From the NCBI GenBank assembly GCA_037441705.1, contig JBBIRR010000002.1, forward strand, positions 60,426-124,425: 64,000 nt of DNA, in the 5' to 3' direction. This stretch comes from Ignavibacteriales bacterium. GTDB lineage: Bacteria; Bacteroidota; Ignavibacteria; UBA10030; UBA6906. Made by a program: the position numbers and the translations under genes. Below, one piece after another: positions 27,022 through 38,621 of the stretch. Below the pieces are notes generated by a model, which was given only the letters and a program-made list of their open reading frames with translations, searched no databases and was not told where the DNA came from. Positions within the stretch are counted from its first letter, which is position 1. Each line of letters begins with the position of its first letter.

Positions 27022-28017
27022 ATGAGTATACTCGTCAATAAGAACACGAAAGTTGTTGTGCAGGGAATTACAGGAGGTGAGGGAACCTTTCATACATCGC
27101 AGATGCTTGCCTACGGCACAAACGTGGTCGCCGGCGTCACGCCGGGCAAAGGCGGCACGATGTATCAAGGGAACGAGAAAGATCAATTCACTCGACCGGT
27201 GCCGGTCTTCAACACCGTCGCAGAGGCAGTAGAGCGAACGGGAGCGGATTGCTCCGTGATTTTTGTGCCGGCGGCCTTCGCAGCCGATGCGATTATGGAG
27301 GCTGCCGCCGCGGGTCTGAAGGTGGTCGTGTGCATTACGGAAGGAATTCCGGCGAAGGACATGGTGAAAGCGTATGAATATGTGAAGAAGAACGGCACCG
27401 TCCTGATTGGTCCCAACTGTCCCGGCATCATAACGCCGGGCGAGTGCAAAGTCGGCATCATGCCGGGGTTTATCCATAAGAAGGGACGGGTCGGCGTTAT
27501 CTCGCGCAGCGGTACGTTGACGTACGAAGCGGTGAACCAGTTGAGCGAACTGGGCATCGGACAGTCCACCTGCATCGGCATCGGCGGCGATCCGGTGATC
27601 GGGACGCGGTTTGTGGATGCGATCAAGCTGTTCAACGAGGATAGCGGTACCGATGCAATCATCATGATTGGCGAGATCGGCGGCACGGCCGAAGAGGAAG
27701 CGGCGGCCTATATCAAGAAGCACGTGAAGAAGCCGGTGGTAGGATTCATCGCCGGACGCACGGCTCCGCCCGGACGTCGCATGGGACATGCTGGTGCCAT
27801 CATCGCCGGCGGCAAGGGAACGGCGCAGGAGAAGATGGAAGCTATGCGCAAAGCGGGTATCACGGTTGTCGAGTCACCTGCCTTGATCGGTGAGACGATG
27901 CAGAAGGTGCTGATCAGGAAAGGCTTGCTGAAGAAGAACACCCGCGCCGTCACCAAGAAAAAATCCAAGCAGTCGAAGCAGACAAAGCGCAGCGCGAGAA
28001 AGACGAGAAGGAAGTAA
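27022..28017 (+). CDS. sucD: Succinyl-CoA synthetase alpha subunit with Lys/Arg-rich C-terminal tail
   Basis: [33 protein letters not shown]. Confidence 0.96.
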   Translation: MSILVNKNTKVVVQGITGGEGTFHTSQMLAYGTNVVAGVTPGKGGTMYQGNEKDQFTRPVPVFNTVAEAVERTGADCSVIFVPAAFAADAIMEAAAAGLKVVVCITEGIPAKDMVKAYEYVKKNGTVLIGPNCPGIITPGECKVGIMPGFIHKKGRVGVISRSGTLTYEAVNQLSELGIGQSTCIGIGGDPVIGTRFVDAIKLFNEDSGTDAIIMIGEIGGTAEEEAAAYIKKHVKKPVVGFIAGRTAPPGRRMGHAGAIIAGGKGTAQEKMEAMRKAGITVVESPALIGETMQKVLIRKGLLKKNTRAVTKKKSKQSKQTKRSARKTRRK

Positions 28018-28120
28018 TGCCTGGCGGCACGCGAGGTCAACGGAACTGTATGAACTCAGTATGAAGAAGCGTGCAGAGGACCTAATTCACTATCTCCCCA
28101 ACAACCAAAAAGGTGACGCG

Positions 28121-28699
28121 ATGAAAAACGTTGTGATCGGGGCGCTGGTAGCGGCGGTGGTGGTGTTTGTGTATCAGGCGATGTCGTGGATGGTGCTGCC
28201 GTTTCATGCCAACACGTTGAAGTATACGCCGCAGCAGGATGCCATCCTTGCTGCGTTGACTGGCAACCTTCAGGAAGATGGTGTGTATGCCGTGCCCAAC
28301 CTTCCGCCGGGCAGCACGCAGGAACAGTACTCGGAGTTCGACAAGAGCATGATCGGCAAACCCTCGGCGATTGTGCACTTTGATGCACGATATGAAGGCA
28401 TGATGACGTCGCAGTTTGTATGGGGGTTCATCATTGACTTCGTTGCCGCGTTCATCGTCGGTTACGTGATGTGGACGGCTCGTACGACACTTGCCGGTTT
28501 CGGCGCGCGCGTGCTGCTTGCGTTCGCATTCGCTCTCTTCACCGTCTTTCAGAGTTCGCTTATGATGGCGAACTGGTGGCAGACACCGTGGCATTATCTT
28601 TCCGGCGAAATCATCGACCATCTGCTCGGCTGGCTGATCGCAGGCGTGTGGCTTGCGTGGTGGATGGGACGATCATCGCCTGCACCATCAGCTTCATAA
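28121..28699 (+). CDS. Hypothetical membrane protein (4 TM)
   Basis: Hydrophobic segments, SWMVLP.H and G.Y..P motifs. Confidence 0.7.
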   Translation: MKNVVIGALVAAVVVFVYQAMSWMVLPFHANTLKYTPQQDAILAALTGNLQEDGVYAVPNLPPGSTQEQYSEFDKSMIGKPSAIVHFDARYEGMMTSQFVWGFIIDFVAAFIVGYVMWTARTTLAGFGARVLLAFAFALFTVFQSSLMMANWWQTPWHYLSGEIIDHLLGWLIAGVWLAWWMGRSSPAPSAS

Positions 28700-28734
28700 T
28701 TCTTTACAACAAATCATTTCAACACAGGAGTATC

Positions 28735-29154
28735 ATGGCTATCGAACGCACACTTGCAATTCTCAAGCCGGATTGTGTACGGAAAAATCTTCAGGGCGAA
28801 GTTCTCGCGCGGATACAGAAGGCCGGCTTCAAGATTCTCAGCATGAAACAGATGCGGCTGACCCGAGAAATGGCCGGTGCCTTCTATGCCGTGCACAAAG
28901 GTCGGCCTTTCTACGACGGGCTGGTGGAGTTCATGTCGAGCGGGCCCTGCGTCCCGATCGCGCTGGAGAAGGAAAACGCCGTGGCGGAGTTCCGGACCCT
29001 CATCGGTGCAACCGATCCGAAAGAGGCCGCCGAAGGAACCATCCGCAAACTCTTCGCCGACAATAAAGGCGAGAACATCGTCCACGGCTCGGACTCGCCG
29101 GAGAACGGCAGAATTGAGGTGGCGTTCTTTTTCAGTGAGAGTGAGCTTGTGTAA
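28735..29154 (+). CDS. ndk: Nucleoside diphosphate kinase
   Basis: [28 protein letters not shown]. Confidence 0.97.
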   Translation: MAIERTLAILKPDCVRKNLQGEVLARIQKAGFKILSMKQMRLTREMAGAFYAVHKGRPFYDGLVEFMSSGPCVPIALEKENAVAEFRTLIGATDPKEAAEGTIRKLFADNKGENIVHGSDSPENGRIEVAFFFSESELV

Positions 29155-29180
29155 AGGTTGGTCAGGCATCATGGTTCATC

Positions 29181-29211
29181 GGGAGGATGGCGTGCGTCCT
29201 CCCATTTTTTT
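29181..29211 (+). terminator. Intrinsic terminator after ndk
   Basis: GGGAGGATG-loop-CGTCCTCCC followed by a T7 tract. Confidence 0.7.
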
Positions 29212-29231
29212 CCTCAGCTCAGAAGGTCGTC

Positions 29232-29780
29232 ATGTCACTTTCACCGTGGAAGAAACTCACCGAAGAAACGTTGTTCAAGAATAGGTGGTGGACCTACAAG
29301 CGCGATACGTACCAATTGCCCAACGGCACCGTGGGAGAGTACAACTACGTTCACATCGGCGGCTCGGCGATGATTGTTCCGATCATGAGCGATGGACGAG
29401 TACTGATGGTGAACCAGTATCGCTATCTCAATAGCCGGGAGAGCCTGGAGTTTCCGTGCGGTGGAGTGAAGGAAGGCATGTCGTACGACGAAACCGCATG
29501 GCACGAGCTTGCAGAAGAGACGGGCTATTCCTCCAACCGCTTTTTCCTTGCCGGCGAATTCAATCCCTACAACGGCGTGACGAACGAAATCTGCAGGGTG
29601 TACATCGCACGCGAGCTGTATTCTGTCGGCAGCAGGCCCGATGAGACCGAGGAGTTCGAGCTTGTGCCGTTGACCCCGGACGAGATTGATGCAAAGATTC
29701 GCAGCGGGGAGATTTGGGATGGAATGACCATCGCCGCGTGGTGTATCGTGAAGACCGGCCTGCGCACGCTGTCCTCCTGA
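29232..29780 (+). CDS. NUDIX hydrolase (ADP-ribose pyrophosphatase-like)
   Basis: QYRY..LEFPCGG...A.HELAEETG Nudix box. Confidence 0.9.
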   Translation: MSLSPWKKLTEETLFKNRWWTYKRDTYQLPNGTVGEYNYVHIGGSAMIVPIMSDGRVLMVNQYRYLNSRESLEFPCGGVKEGMSYDETAWHELAEETGYSSNRFFLAGEFNPYNGVTNEICRVYIARELYSVGSRPDETEEFELVPLTPDEIDAKIRSGEIWDGMTIAAWCIVKTGLRTLSS

Positions 29781-29808
29781 AACGGAAGTCGCTGCCCGAA
29801 CCCAGCGG

Positions 29809-31064
<1,256 letters not shown>

Positions 31065-31068
<4 letters not shown>

Positions 31069-31676
31069 TTCTTTGGCTCTTTCTCTTTCTTGAAGTAAAC
31101 GACGTCGATCAAACCGTATGCCTTTGCCTCCTCGGCAGCGAGGTACCGGTCGCGGTCGGTATCCCGCTCGATCGTCTCGATCGGCTGTCCGGTGTGATGC
31201 GCAAGGATTTGGTTCAAGCGTTTCTTTGTCTTGAGGATTTCTTCGGCCTGAATGCTGATGTCCGATGCCGTTCCCTGCACACCACCCCAGGGCTGGTGGA
31301 TCATGATGCGGGAGTTTGGCAGCGCAGCGCGCTTGCCCTTCGTGCCGCCTGCCAGCAGAACGGCGCCCATGCTTGCCGCCATGCCGATGCAGATGGTTGC
31401 CACATCGGGCCGAATGTATTGCATCGTGTCGTAAATGGCCAGACCCGAGGCGACATTGCCGCCCGGGGTGTTGATGTAGAGACTGATGTCTTTATCGGGA
31501 TCTTCCGATTCGAGAAACAGCAGCTGTGCGATCACGAGGCTGGCAACGGTATCGTCAATCGGCGTTCCGATGAACACGATTCTCTCCTTCAGCAGGCGGG
31601 AGAAAATGTCATACGCACGCTCTCCGCGTCCCGTTTGTTCTACCACCATCGGCACCAATTGATTGAAGAACTTCAT
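31065..31676 (-). CDS. clpP: ATP-dependent Clp protease proteolytic subunit
   Basis: [26 protein letters not shown]. Confidence 0.98.
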
Positions 31677-31718
31677 CCGCTATCCTTTCCGTTGTGCTGT
31701 CTGAATCTACAAAAGAAC

Positions 31719-32999
31719 TTACTTCTCTTCGAGGTGATCGACAACTTTCTCCGTCACACGCGCATGCTCTTTCAGGAGGGCCATCAGTTTCGACGAAAGC
31801 ACGCGTTCGGTCGGGGCATTCGACGTTCGGTAGTACTGCAGCAGCCGCTCCTTGTCGAGGCCGAGCGATGCAGCATCCGCCGCCGCCATCCGATCCACAT
31901 CCTCTTCCGTCGCAACAAGCCCTTCTGCTTCGATGAGGCGCTCTCGGATAAGTGCCCATTTTGCCTGAAAGATTGCGTAGGGCCTGTTCTCCGCACGGAA
32001 ACTCTCCTCGTTAAACCCACGGGGTAGCCGTCCATCCCGCGAACGATTCTTGATGTCTTCAACAAACGAGTCTAAGTAGAAGTTCACCAACGATTCGGGG
32101 ACGGTGAACTCGTGCATGCGCACCAGCTCATTGATGATCGCCTGCTCCAGCATTCGTTCGGACTCCCGTGTCCAGTAGGCTTCAAGATCTCGCCGCAGCC
32201 TCTCGAGAAATCCCGCAGTGGTTGCCGTGCTTTCGCCCGTAATCTTCTGGACGAACTCGTCGTTGAATTCCGGCAGTTCCACTTTCTCGATGCGTTTGAC
32301 GTACAGTTCGATATGATGCTGGTGCGTATGATCTCCATGGGCCGAAGCGAAGCGCACACGATATCTCTGCCCCACTTCCGCATGGGCGAGAGCGTCGCGA
32401 ACTTCCTGTACCAAACTCGTATCTGCTAACTCGAAGCGGGCATCCGGCGTCTTCCTGCCAATCAGCGGCATGCCGTCGTCGGCAAGGTCCTGCACGTCGG
32501 CTGTGACCACATGATTCTCGTTGTCGCGAACCAGCGTTACGCCGAGCATCGTAGCATTTGCCCTGCGGAGGCGTTCAATTTCGTGCTGGACTTCCTCTTC
32601 GGTGACATGATGCACCGGCTTCTCCACCGAAATCCCTTTGTAAGGCTTCAGGTCGAACGTCGGTTTGACTTCGTATTGGATTTTGAAGCGGAAGTGCTGG
32701 CCCCGCTGGAAATCTCTGTTGACCATGGCCGGCTGGCCGATCGGCTCGATGTGTTTCTCTTCCATCGCCGAGCGGAACGAGTCATTGGCAATGTCGTCCA
32801 GCGCATCGTACTCAATGGCTTCGCCGTAGAGTTTCTTGATCATATCCAGCGGGACTTTGCCTTTACGGAAGCCTCGTACTTCGATCTCGGGCGCAACCTT
32901 CCTGTACGCGCGTTCAAAATGGGGTTGCAGCTCTTCGGCGGTGAGAAGAATTTCCGCCTCGTGCTGTACGTCTGAAATGGTATTGATGGTGACTTCCAC
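31719..32999 (-). CDS. tig: Trigger factor
   Basis: GFRKGKVP ribosome-binding motif; tig-clpP-clpX synteny. Confidence 0.93.
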   Translation of the reverse strand: MEVTINTISDVQHEAEILLTAEELQPHFERAYRKVAPEIEVRGFRKGKVPLDMIKKLYGEAIEYDALDDIANDSFRSAMEEKHIEPIGQPAMVNRDFQRGQHFRFKIQYEVKPTFDLKPYKGISVEKPVHHVTEEEVQHEIERLRRANATMLGVTLVRDNENHVVTADVQDLADDGMPLIGRKTPDARFELADTSLVQEVRDALAHAEVGQRYRVRFASAHGDHTHQHHIELYVKRIEKVELPEFNDEFVQKITGESTATTAGFLERLRRDLEAYWTRESERMLEQAIINELVRMHEFTVPESLVNFYLDSFVEDIKNRSRDGRLPRGFNEESFRAENRPYAIFQAKWALIRERLIEAEGLVATEEDVDRMAAADAASLGLDKERLLQYYRTSNAPTERVLSSKLMALLKEHARVTEKVVDHLEEK

Positions 33000-33027
33000 G
33001 ATTCGCTTCCTTATTCGGCTTGCCGGG

Positions 33028-33109
33028 TGGGCATAGAGGGACTTGAACCCCCACGGATTGCTCCACTAGATCCTAAGTCTAGCGCGTCTGCCAATTCCGC
33101 CATATGCCC
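33028..33109 (-). tRNA. tRNA-Leu(TAG)
   Basis: Reverse complement GGGCATATGGCGGAATTGGCAGACGCGCTAGACTTAGGATCTAG...GGTTCAAGTCC...ATGCCCA with a long variable arm. Confidence 0.95.
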
Positions 33110-33183
33110 TGATTTTTCGCAATCAAGATAACGAATTTCGGAGGGACACACAAGAAAGCGGAAAAGGGGCGGCGGCAGGACTG

Positions 33184-34875
33184 CTACGGCAGCGGCAGCA
33201 TCATCCGAATGGTCGTTCCTTTCCCGACGGCGGATTCGATTTCGATGGTGCCGTTGTGTTCATCAATAATTTTCTTCACGATGGCGAGGCCCAGACCGGT
33301 GCCGTGTTTCTTGCCTGTCGTGTAGAACGGCTCGAAAGCGCGCGCACGCACTTCGTCCGTCATGCCCGTGCCGGTGTCGGCGAACTCGATCAGCAGCTTA
33401 TCGTTGCAGGTGCCGGTGCGAATGGTGAGCACTCCTCCGGAGGGCATCGCGTCGGCGGCGTTGCCCGCGAGGTTCTGAAACACGCGGAGCATTTTTTCGG
33501 TGTCCATCCGTGCCGCCCCCGCGTAGTCAAATTCTTTGACGACGGCGATCCCCTTCTTGGTCAAATCGCTCTCGATGAACTGAAGCATGGGCGGAAGAAT
33601 GTCCGCGAGAACGACATCTTCCACCTGCATCTCGCTGACGCCGCGAGAATAATCCAACACCTCCTGCGTCATGTTCACAAACCGGTCCACCTGCTTCATC
33701 ATCATCTCTGCGATCTCTGCCGCTTCCTTGTTCTCGGTTTTTGCCTTGATGAGCTGGGCGTGGATTCGCATGGCCGCCATCGGGTTCTTGATGTCGTGAA
33801 TGATGGAGCTTGCCATCCGCCCGATCGTGCTCAGCCGCTCGGTCTGCACTAATTCTTTGACCAGCCGCGCATTCTCCAGAGCAATCGCCGCGTGGACGGA
33901 GAACGCGTGGATGAATTCTTCGTCATCTTTCGTAAACGGACCGCCTCGTTTATTCAAGAGCTGGAACACGCCGATGATCGTGCCGGTCTTGTCGTGCAGG
34001 GGCATGCACAGGACGTTTTGCGTTCTGTACCCGCTCTTCTTGTCGATCTCGGGATTGAAGCGCGGGTCCTTGTAGGCATCGGGGATATTGACCGTCTCTC
34101 CGGTTTTTGCCACGTACCCTGCAAGCCCTTTGCCCATCGGCATACGGATTTCGATCACTTCATTGCCGTTGGTGACTTTCGACCAGAGTTCGTTTGTCGC
34201 GGGATCAATCAGGTAGAGTGTGCCGCGGTCGGCGCGGATGCTGGTGGTCGCCGCGGTCAGAATCACGCCCAGCAGCTCATCGCTGTTGAGCGTCGAGTTG
34301 ACCGTTTTGGTTGCCTCGATCAGGAGATGCAACTTGTCCACCTGCGACTCGAACTCTGCCGTTTTGCGTTCCAGCTCCTGTACGAAGAGTTGATCGAGTG
34401 TACGCAGCCGCAGCGCTAAGCGCTGCAGCATATTTCGGGCGAACGGTTTGCTGCGATTGAGGAGGGTTTCGTAATGCTCGTAGGCGAGACTGATGATGGT
34501 GGAGTCAGTTTCGGCAACGGCGCGTGCCGAACGCGGGAAATCGTCTATCAACGAGAGCTCGCCGAAGAAATCCCCCTCATGCAGAACGGCAAGAAGCGAC
34601 TCTGTGCCCGTTTTCGTATATTTGATCACGTGAACCTTGCCTGTGAGGATGAGATAGAGATCTCGCTCCTTCGTCTGTTCGTCGAAAATGGTCTCGCCGC
34701 GCATGTAGTGATGTTGTTGGAGGTAAGGCGCTATCTCGCGCAGCACGCTCTGGCTCACGTTGACGAACAGAGCGTTCTTCTGGACAAGGTCGAGGAGTGC
34801 ACCCGTGCTTGAGGCTTTGGGAGAGCCTCGGCGGTGAGCGGTTTTCTTGCGCCCCTTGTTTTTCAGTGTCGGCAT
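33184..34875 (-). CDS. Cytoplasmic sensor histidine kinase: cNMP-binding + GAF + HisKA + HATPase
   Basis: GDFFGELSL...PRSA (cNMP), DAYKDPRFN..D..SGY.T..LC.P (GAF), HDIKNP, N/G boxes with GTGLGL. Confidence 0.9.
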   Translation of the reverse strand: MPTLKNKGRKKTAHRRGSPKASSTGALLDLVQKNALFVNVSQSVLREIAPYLQQHHYMRGETIFDEQTKERDLYLILTGKVHVIKYTKTGTESLLAVLHEGDFFGELSLIDDFPRSARAVAETDSTIISLAYEHYETLLNRSKPFARNMLQRLALRLRTLDQLFVQELERKTAEFESQVDKLHLLIEATKTVNSTLNSDELLGVILTAATTSIRADRGTLYLIDPATNELWSKVTNGNEVIEIRMPMGKGLAGYVAKTGETVNIPDAYKDPRFNPEIDKKSGYRTQNVLCMPLHDKTGTIIGVFQLLNKRGGPFTKDDEEFIHAFSVHAAIALENARLVKELVQTERLSTIGRMASSIIHDIKNPMAAMRIHAQLIKAKTENKEAAEIAEMMMKQVDRFVNMTQEVLDYSRGVSEMQVEDVVLADILPPMLQFIESDLTKKGIAVVKEFDYAGAARMDTEKMLRVFQNLAGNAADAMPSGGVLTIRTGTCNDKLLIEFADTGTGMTDEVRARAFEPFYTTGKKHGTGLGLAIVKKIIDEHNGTIEIESAVGKGTTIRMMLPLP

Positions 34876-34960
34876 GAACTCACGTGTGTCTGCGCTTGTG
34901 GCTGGCAAGCGTGTGGCGTTGGTGGCGGTAGTATAGAGAAATCGAAGAGGAATATCAAGA

Positions 34961-35902
34961 ATGCCAATGACCTCGCATCGTTCTGAGGACGTTGTGCTGC
35001 GAACAATCGAGCTTGGCAAGCGGTACGGGCGACGCTGGGCCGTACGCGAGGCGAGTCTTGAAGTGCGCCGCGGCGAAATCTTCGGCTTCCTCGGTCCCAA
35101 CGGCGCCGGCAAGAGCACCACCATCCGCATGATTCTGTCGCTCGTCCATCCGACGCACGGCGAAGTACTGCTGTTCGAGAAACCTCTGCGGTCACATCGC
35201 GAAGAGGTGCTTGCGCGCGTCGGGGGACTGGTGGAGAGTGCCGAATTCTACGGATATCTCTCGGCGCGCAAGAACTTAGAGATTGTCGGCGCGCTGCGCG
35301 GCGGCTGCTCCCGCGATCACATTGCGGAAGTTCTGGAACTCGTCGGACTGACACAGCGAGCGGACGACAAGGTAAAGACGTTCTCCCACGGCATGAAGCA
35401 ACGTCTCGGCATCGCGCAGGCGCTGCTCGGCTGGCCTGAATTCATCGTTCTCGACGAACCGACGACGGGCCTCGACCCCCAGGGCATCAAAGAAGTCCGC
35501 CATCTCATCAGGCAACTCTCCGCCGACCGCGCAATCACGATCTTTCTCTCTTCTCATCTCTTAAGCGAGATCGAGCAAACGGCAACCAGCATGGCGATCA
35601 TCAACAAAGGAAAGTTGGTGGTGCAGGGCAAGGTGCGTGACTTGCTCGATGGGGGCAAGAGTGTCGTACGCCTCGACGCTTCGCCGAGGGACAAAGCGCT
35701 TGGCGTCGTGCAGCAGTTTCCCGGCGTCGAACGCATCCAGAGCAACGGGGAGACAATCGAGCTGAAGATGCCTGCCAGCGATGTGGCCGCGTTGAACGCC
35801 CGCCTGGTTCACGAAGGCGTGCAGGTTCACGCCCTCATCCCTCGGCGTTCGCTTGAAGACTACTTCCTCTCGATCACTCAGGGCGCATCGGAGATTGATT
35901 GA
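34961..35902 (+). CDS. ABC transporter ATP-binding protein (BcrA-like)
   Basis: GPNGAGKST, SHGMKQRLG, LDEP, SSH. Confidence 0.95.
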   Translation: MPMTSHRSEDVVLRTIELGKRYGRRWAVREASLEVRRGEIFGFLGPNGAGKSTTIRMILSLVHPTHGEVLLFEKPLRSHREEVLARVGGLVESAEFYGYLSARKNLEIVGALRGGCSRDHIAEVLELVGLTQRADDKVKTFSHGMKQRLGIAQALLGWPEFIVLDEPTTGLDPQGIKEVRHLIRQLSADRAITIFLSSHLLSEIEQTATSMAIINKGKLVVQGKVRDLLDGGKSVVRLDASPRDKALGVVQQFPGVERIQSNGETIELKMPASDVAALNARLVHEGVQVHALIPRRSLEDYFLSITQGASEID

Positions 35903-36732
35903 TGATCCTTCGTTATGAGATTCTGAAAACGTACCGCAAGTGGCGAACGTACATCGGCTTCCTTGCCCTCCTCGTGCTTGTGCCTGTGGTGGAGATTGCC
36001 TTGAAACTCGAAGGCGGAGGCATGCTGCGACGGATGACAAGAGACATCGCGCAGGATTTCCTTCTCGTGGGCAATCTGTTCAACGCGTACTTCGTCACCT
36101 ACTTCATCATGAACAGCCTGTGGGTTCATGTGCCGTTTCTCATTACTCTTGTCGCGGGCGACCAGCTTGCGGGCGAAGCAACAGGCGGAACGTTCCGGCT
36201 CATCCTCATCCGGCCGGTTTCGCGAACACGGATTCTCTGGGTGAAGTACGTGACGACGTTGTTCTACGTCTGCACGCTTATCTTCACTCTTGCCCTGCTG
36301 AGCGTTGGGCTCGGCACGTTCCTCTTCGGGTTGGGCGATTTGCTCGTCCCCGGCCGCACGCTCACGGTACTGCCGCAAACCGAAATGGTCTGGCGCATGG
36401 CGCTGGCGTTCGCGCTCGCAACGCTCAGCATGTGGTGCGTTGCGTCGCTGGCATTCCTGTTTTCCTCACTCGTCGAAAACGCCATTGGTCCCATCATCGG
36501 AACGATGGCCGTCATCATCGGCTTCATCATCATCACCAACATTCCGCTTGAATTGTTCGACGCGATCAAACCCTATCTGTTCACAACCTATTTCACCGTG
36601 TGGCAAAAGGCATTCGAGCAGCCGATCCCATGGGCAACAATTGCCAGACATGCAGCGATTCTTGCCGGTTTTTGCGTTGGCTTTTATGCCCTTACTTGGT
36701 ATATTTTTGTCCGGAAAGATGTACTGAGCTGA
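35902..36732 (+). CDS. ABC-2 type transporter permease
   Basis: 6 TM segments, AGE...GT.R..L.RP.SR...K motif. Confidence 0.9.
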   Translation: MILRYEILKTYRKWRTYIGFLALLVLVPVVEIALKLEGGGMLRRMTRDIAQDFLLVGNLFNAYFVTYFIMNSLWVHVPFLITLVAGDQLAGEATGGTFRLILIRPVSRTRILWVKYVTTLFYVCTLIFTLALLSVGLGTFLFGLGDLLVPGRTLTVLPQTEMVWRMALAFALATLSMWCVASLAFLFSSLVENAIGPIIGTMAVIIGFIIITNIPLELFDAIKPYLFTTYFTVWQKAFEQPIPWATIARHAAILAGFCVGFYALTWYIFVRKDVLS

Positions 36733-36748
36733 AGAACAGAGGTATTCA

Positions 36749-37039
36749 ATGAACACGCTCGATGAAATCACCGCAAAACTGAAAGGACACAAGGATCCGC
36801 TCTCCCGTAAGTATAAGATTGCGCGGCTCGGAGTATTTGGCTCTCACAGTCGAGGTGATGCCCGCCCGGACAGCGATGTTGATATCCTCGTTGAGTTTGC
36901 CGGACCCATCGGGTTAGAGTTCATTGATCTGGCGAATGAGTTGGAGTCGCTGCTGCAGAGGAAAGTTGATCTGGTCTCGCGAAATGGCATCAAGCAACGT
37001 TACTGGAGCGTGATCGAGTCCGAAGTCGTGTATGTCTAA
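36749..37039 (+). CDS. MNT (minimal nucleotidyltransferase) antitoxin
   Basis: GVFGS.SRG....SDVDILV...KVDLV. Confidence 0.9.
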   Translation: MNTLDEITAKLKGHKDPLSRKYKIARLGVFGSHSRGDARPDSDVDILVEFAGPIGLEFIDLANELESLLQRKVDLVSRNGIKQRYWSVIESEVVYV

Positions 37040-37387
37040 GCGAACGCCACACCTGTTGCTTGAGGACATTCTTGACGCTGCTGAAAAAATAAGGCAGTAT
37101 CTCGGCTCGATGACATATGAGGAGTTCGCCAGTGACGCAAGGACCTTCGATGCAGTGCTACGAAATCTCGAGATCATGGGTGAAGCTGCGAACTCCTTCC
37201 GCGTGAACTTCGAGAGCGGCATTCAGAAATTGAGTGGAACCGCATTGTAGGTCTACGCAACCGCCTGATTCACGGCTACTTTGGTGTGGATGCTGCAATC
37301 GTCTGGCACATAACCCGGTATGAGTTGCCTTCTCTCGTAACTGCTATTCATAACATCCTTCATCACCTCAAGAAGAACAACACATGA
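37032..37387 (+). pseudogene. HepT/DUF86 ribonuclease toxin, frameshifted
   Basis: N-half DAVLRNLEIMGEAAN; after a 1-nt shift near 37195 it continues LPRELRERHSEIEWNRIVGLRNRLIHGYFGVD..IVW to TGA at 37385-37387. Confidence 0.85.
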
Positions 37388-38559
37388 ACCTTTCCGCAAT
37401 CCAACAGGCGCTTCGTCAGCGCAAACTCGACGGATGGCTTTTGTGCGACTTTCACAACCGGGATCATCTCGCGTATCGTGTCCTCGGACTGGATGTGACG
37501 AAGATGACGACCCGCCGGTGGTATTACTTCATTCCGGCCAAAGGCGAGCCGCGCAAGCTCGTGCACAGCGTGGAACCGAGAAAACTCGATGCTCTTCCGG
37601 GCAAGAAAGAAGTCTACCTGCCGTGGACGCAGTTGCATGCGTCGCTCAAGAAGATGCTTGGCGCTCCCAAGAAAATTGCCATGCAGTACTCGCCCAAGAA
37701 CAACGTTCCCGCTGTTTCACTCGTAGATGCCGGCACGATCGAGCTGGTGAAAAGCTTCGGGCACAAAATCGTTTCCTCGGCCGACCTCGTGCAGTTGTTC
37801 GAAGCCACTATTGGCGAGGAGGGGTATCGTATGCACAAGGAGGCCGGAGTCGTCGTTGATCGCATTCGCGCCGAAGCGTTCGATCAGATTCGCAACGCCG
37901 TTGCCACGGGCAGCAGCATGACGGAGTACGATCTTCAACAATTCATCATGCGGCGATTCAAAGAGGAAGGATTGATCACTGTCGATCCACCGATTGTAGG
38001 AACCAACGAGCACCCCGCCGATCCGCATTTCGAAAGCACGCCGGAGAATGCACGACCGTTCAAGCAGGGCGACACGGTTCTCATCGATCTGTGGGCGAAG
38101 GTGAACAAACCCGGCGCGATTTACTACGACATCACGTGGGTTGGGTACATCGGCGATCAGCCGCCCGCGAAGTATCTGGAGATTTTCAACGTCGTGAAAT
38201 CGGCGCGGGACGCTGCCGTTGCCTTCGTCAAGGATCGCTTCGCAAAAGGGAAACCCTGCTACGGCTGGGAGGTGGATGACGCGTGCCGCAGTGTGGTCAA
38301 GAAAGCGGGCTACGGAAAATACTTCGTGCACCGCACGGGACATTCCATCGGCGAAGAAGTGCACGGCAACGGCGTGAACATTGATAACCTTGAGACGAAG
38401 GACGAGCGTCAGGTGATGCCGGGTTCGTGTTTCTCGGTCGAACCAGGAATCTATCTTGAAGGACAGATGGCCGCCCGCACCGAGATTAACATGTTCATCC
38501 GGCACGATGGTGTGCCGGAGGTGACAGGAGAGATGCAGCAGGAACTCGTACGCGTCTGA
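37384..38559 (+). CDS. Xaa-Pro peptidase (M24) family
   Basis: PH, IDLW, YYDIT, HRTGHSIG..VHG, SVEPGIY, R.E motifs. Confidence 0.9.
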   Translation: MNLSAIQQALRQRKLDGWLLCDFHNRDHLAYRVLGLDVTKMTTRRWYYFIPAKGEPRKLVHSVEPRKLDALPGKKEVYLPWTQLHASLKKMLGAPKKIAMQYSPKNNVPAVSLVDAGTIELVKSFGHKIVSSADLVQLFEATIGEEGYRMHKEAGVVVDRIRAEAFDQIRNAVATGSSMTEYDLQQFIMRRFKEEGLITVDPPIVGTNEHPADPHFESTPENARPFKQGDTVLIDLWAKVNKPGAIYYDITWVGYIGDQPPAKYLEIFNVVKSARDAAVAFVKDRFAKGKPCYGWEVDDACRSVVKKAGYGKYFVHRTGHSIGEEVHGNGVNIDNLETKDERQVMPGSCFSVEPGIYLEGQMAARTEINMFIRHDGVPEVTGEMQQELVRV

Positions 38560-38621
38560 CGTTGCGTACGCTGGATGTTTCGGGGCCGATCCACCGGATC
38601 GGCTCTGCATTTGCGGGCCGA

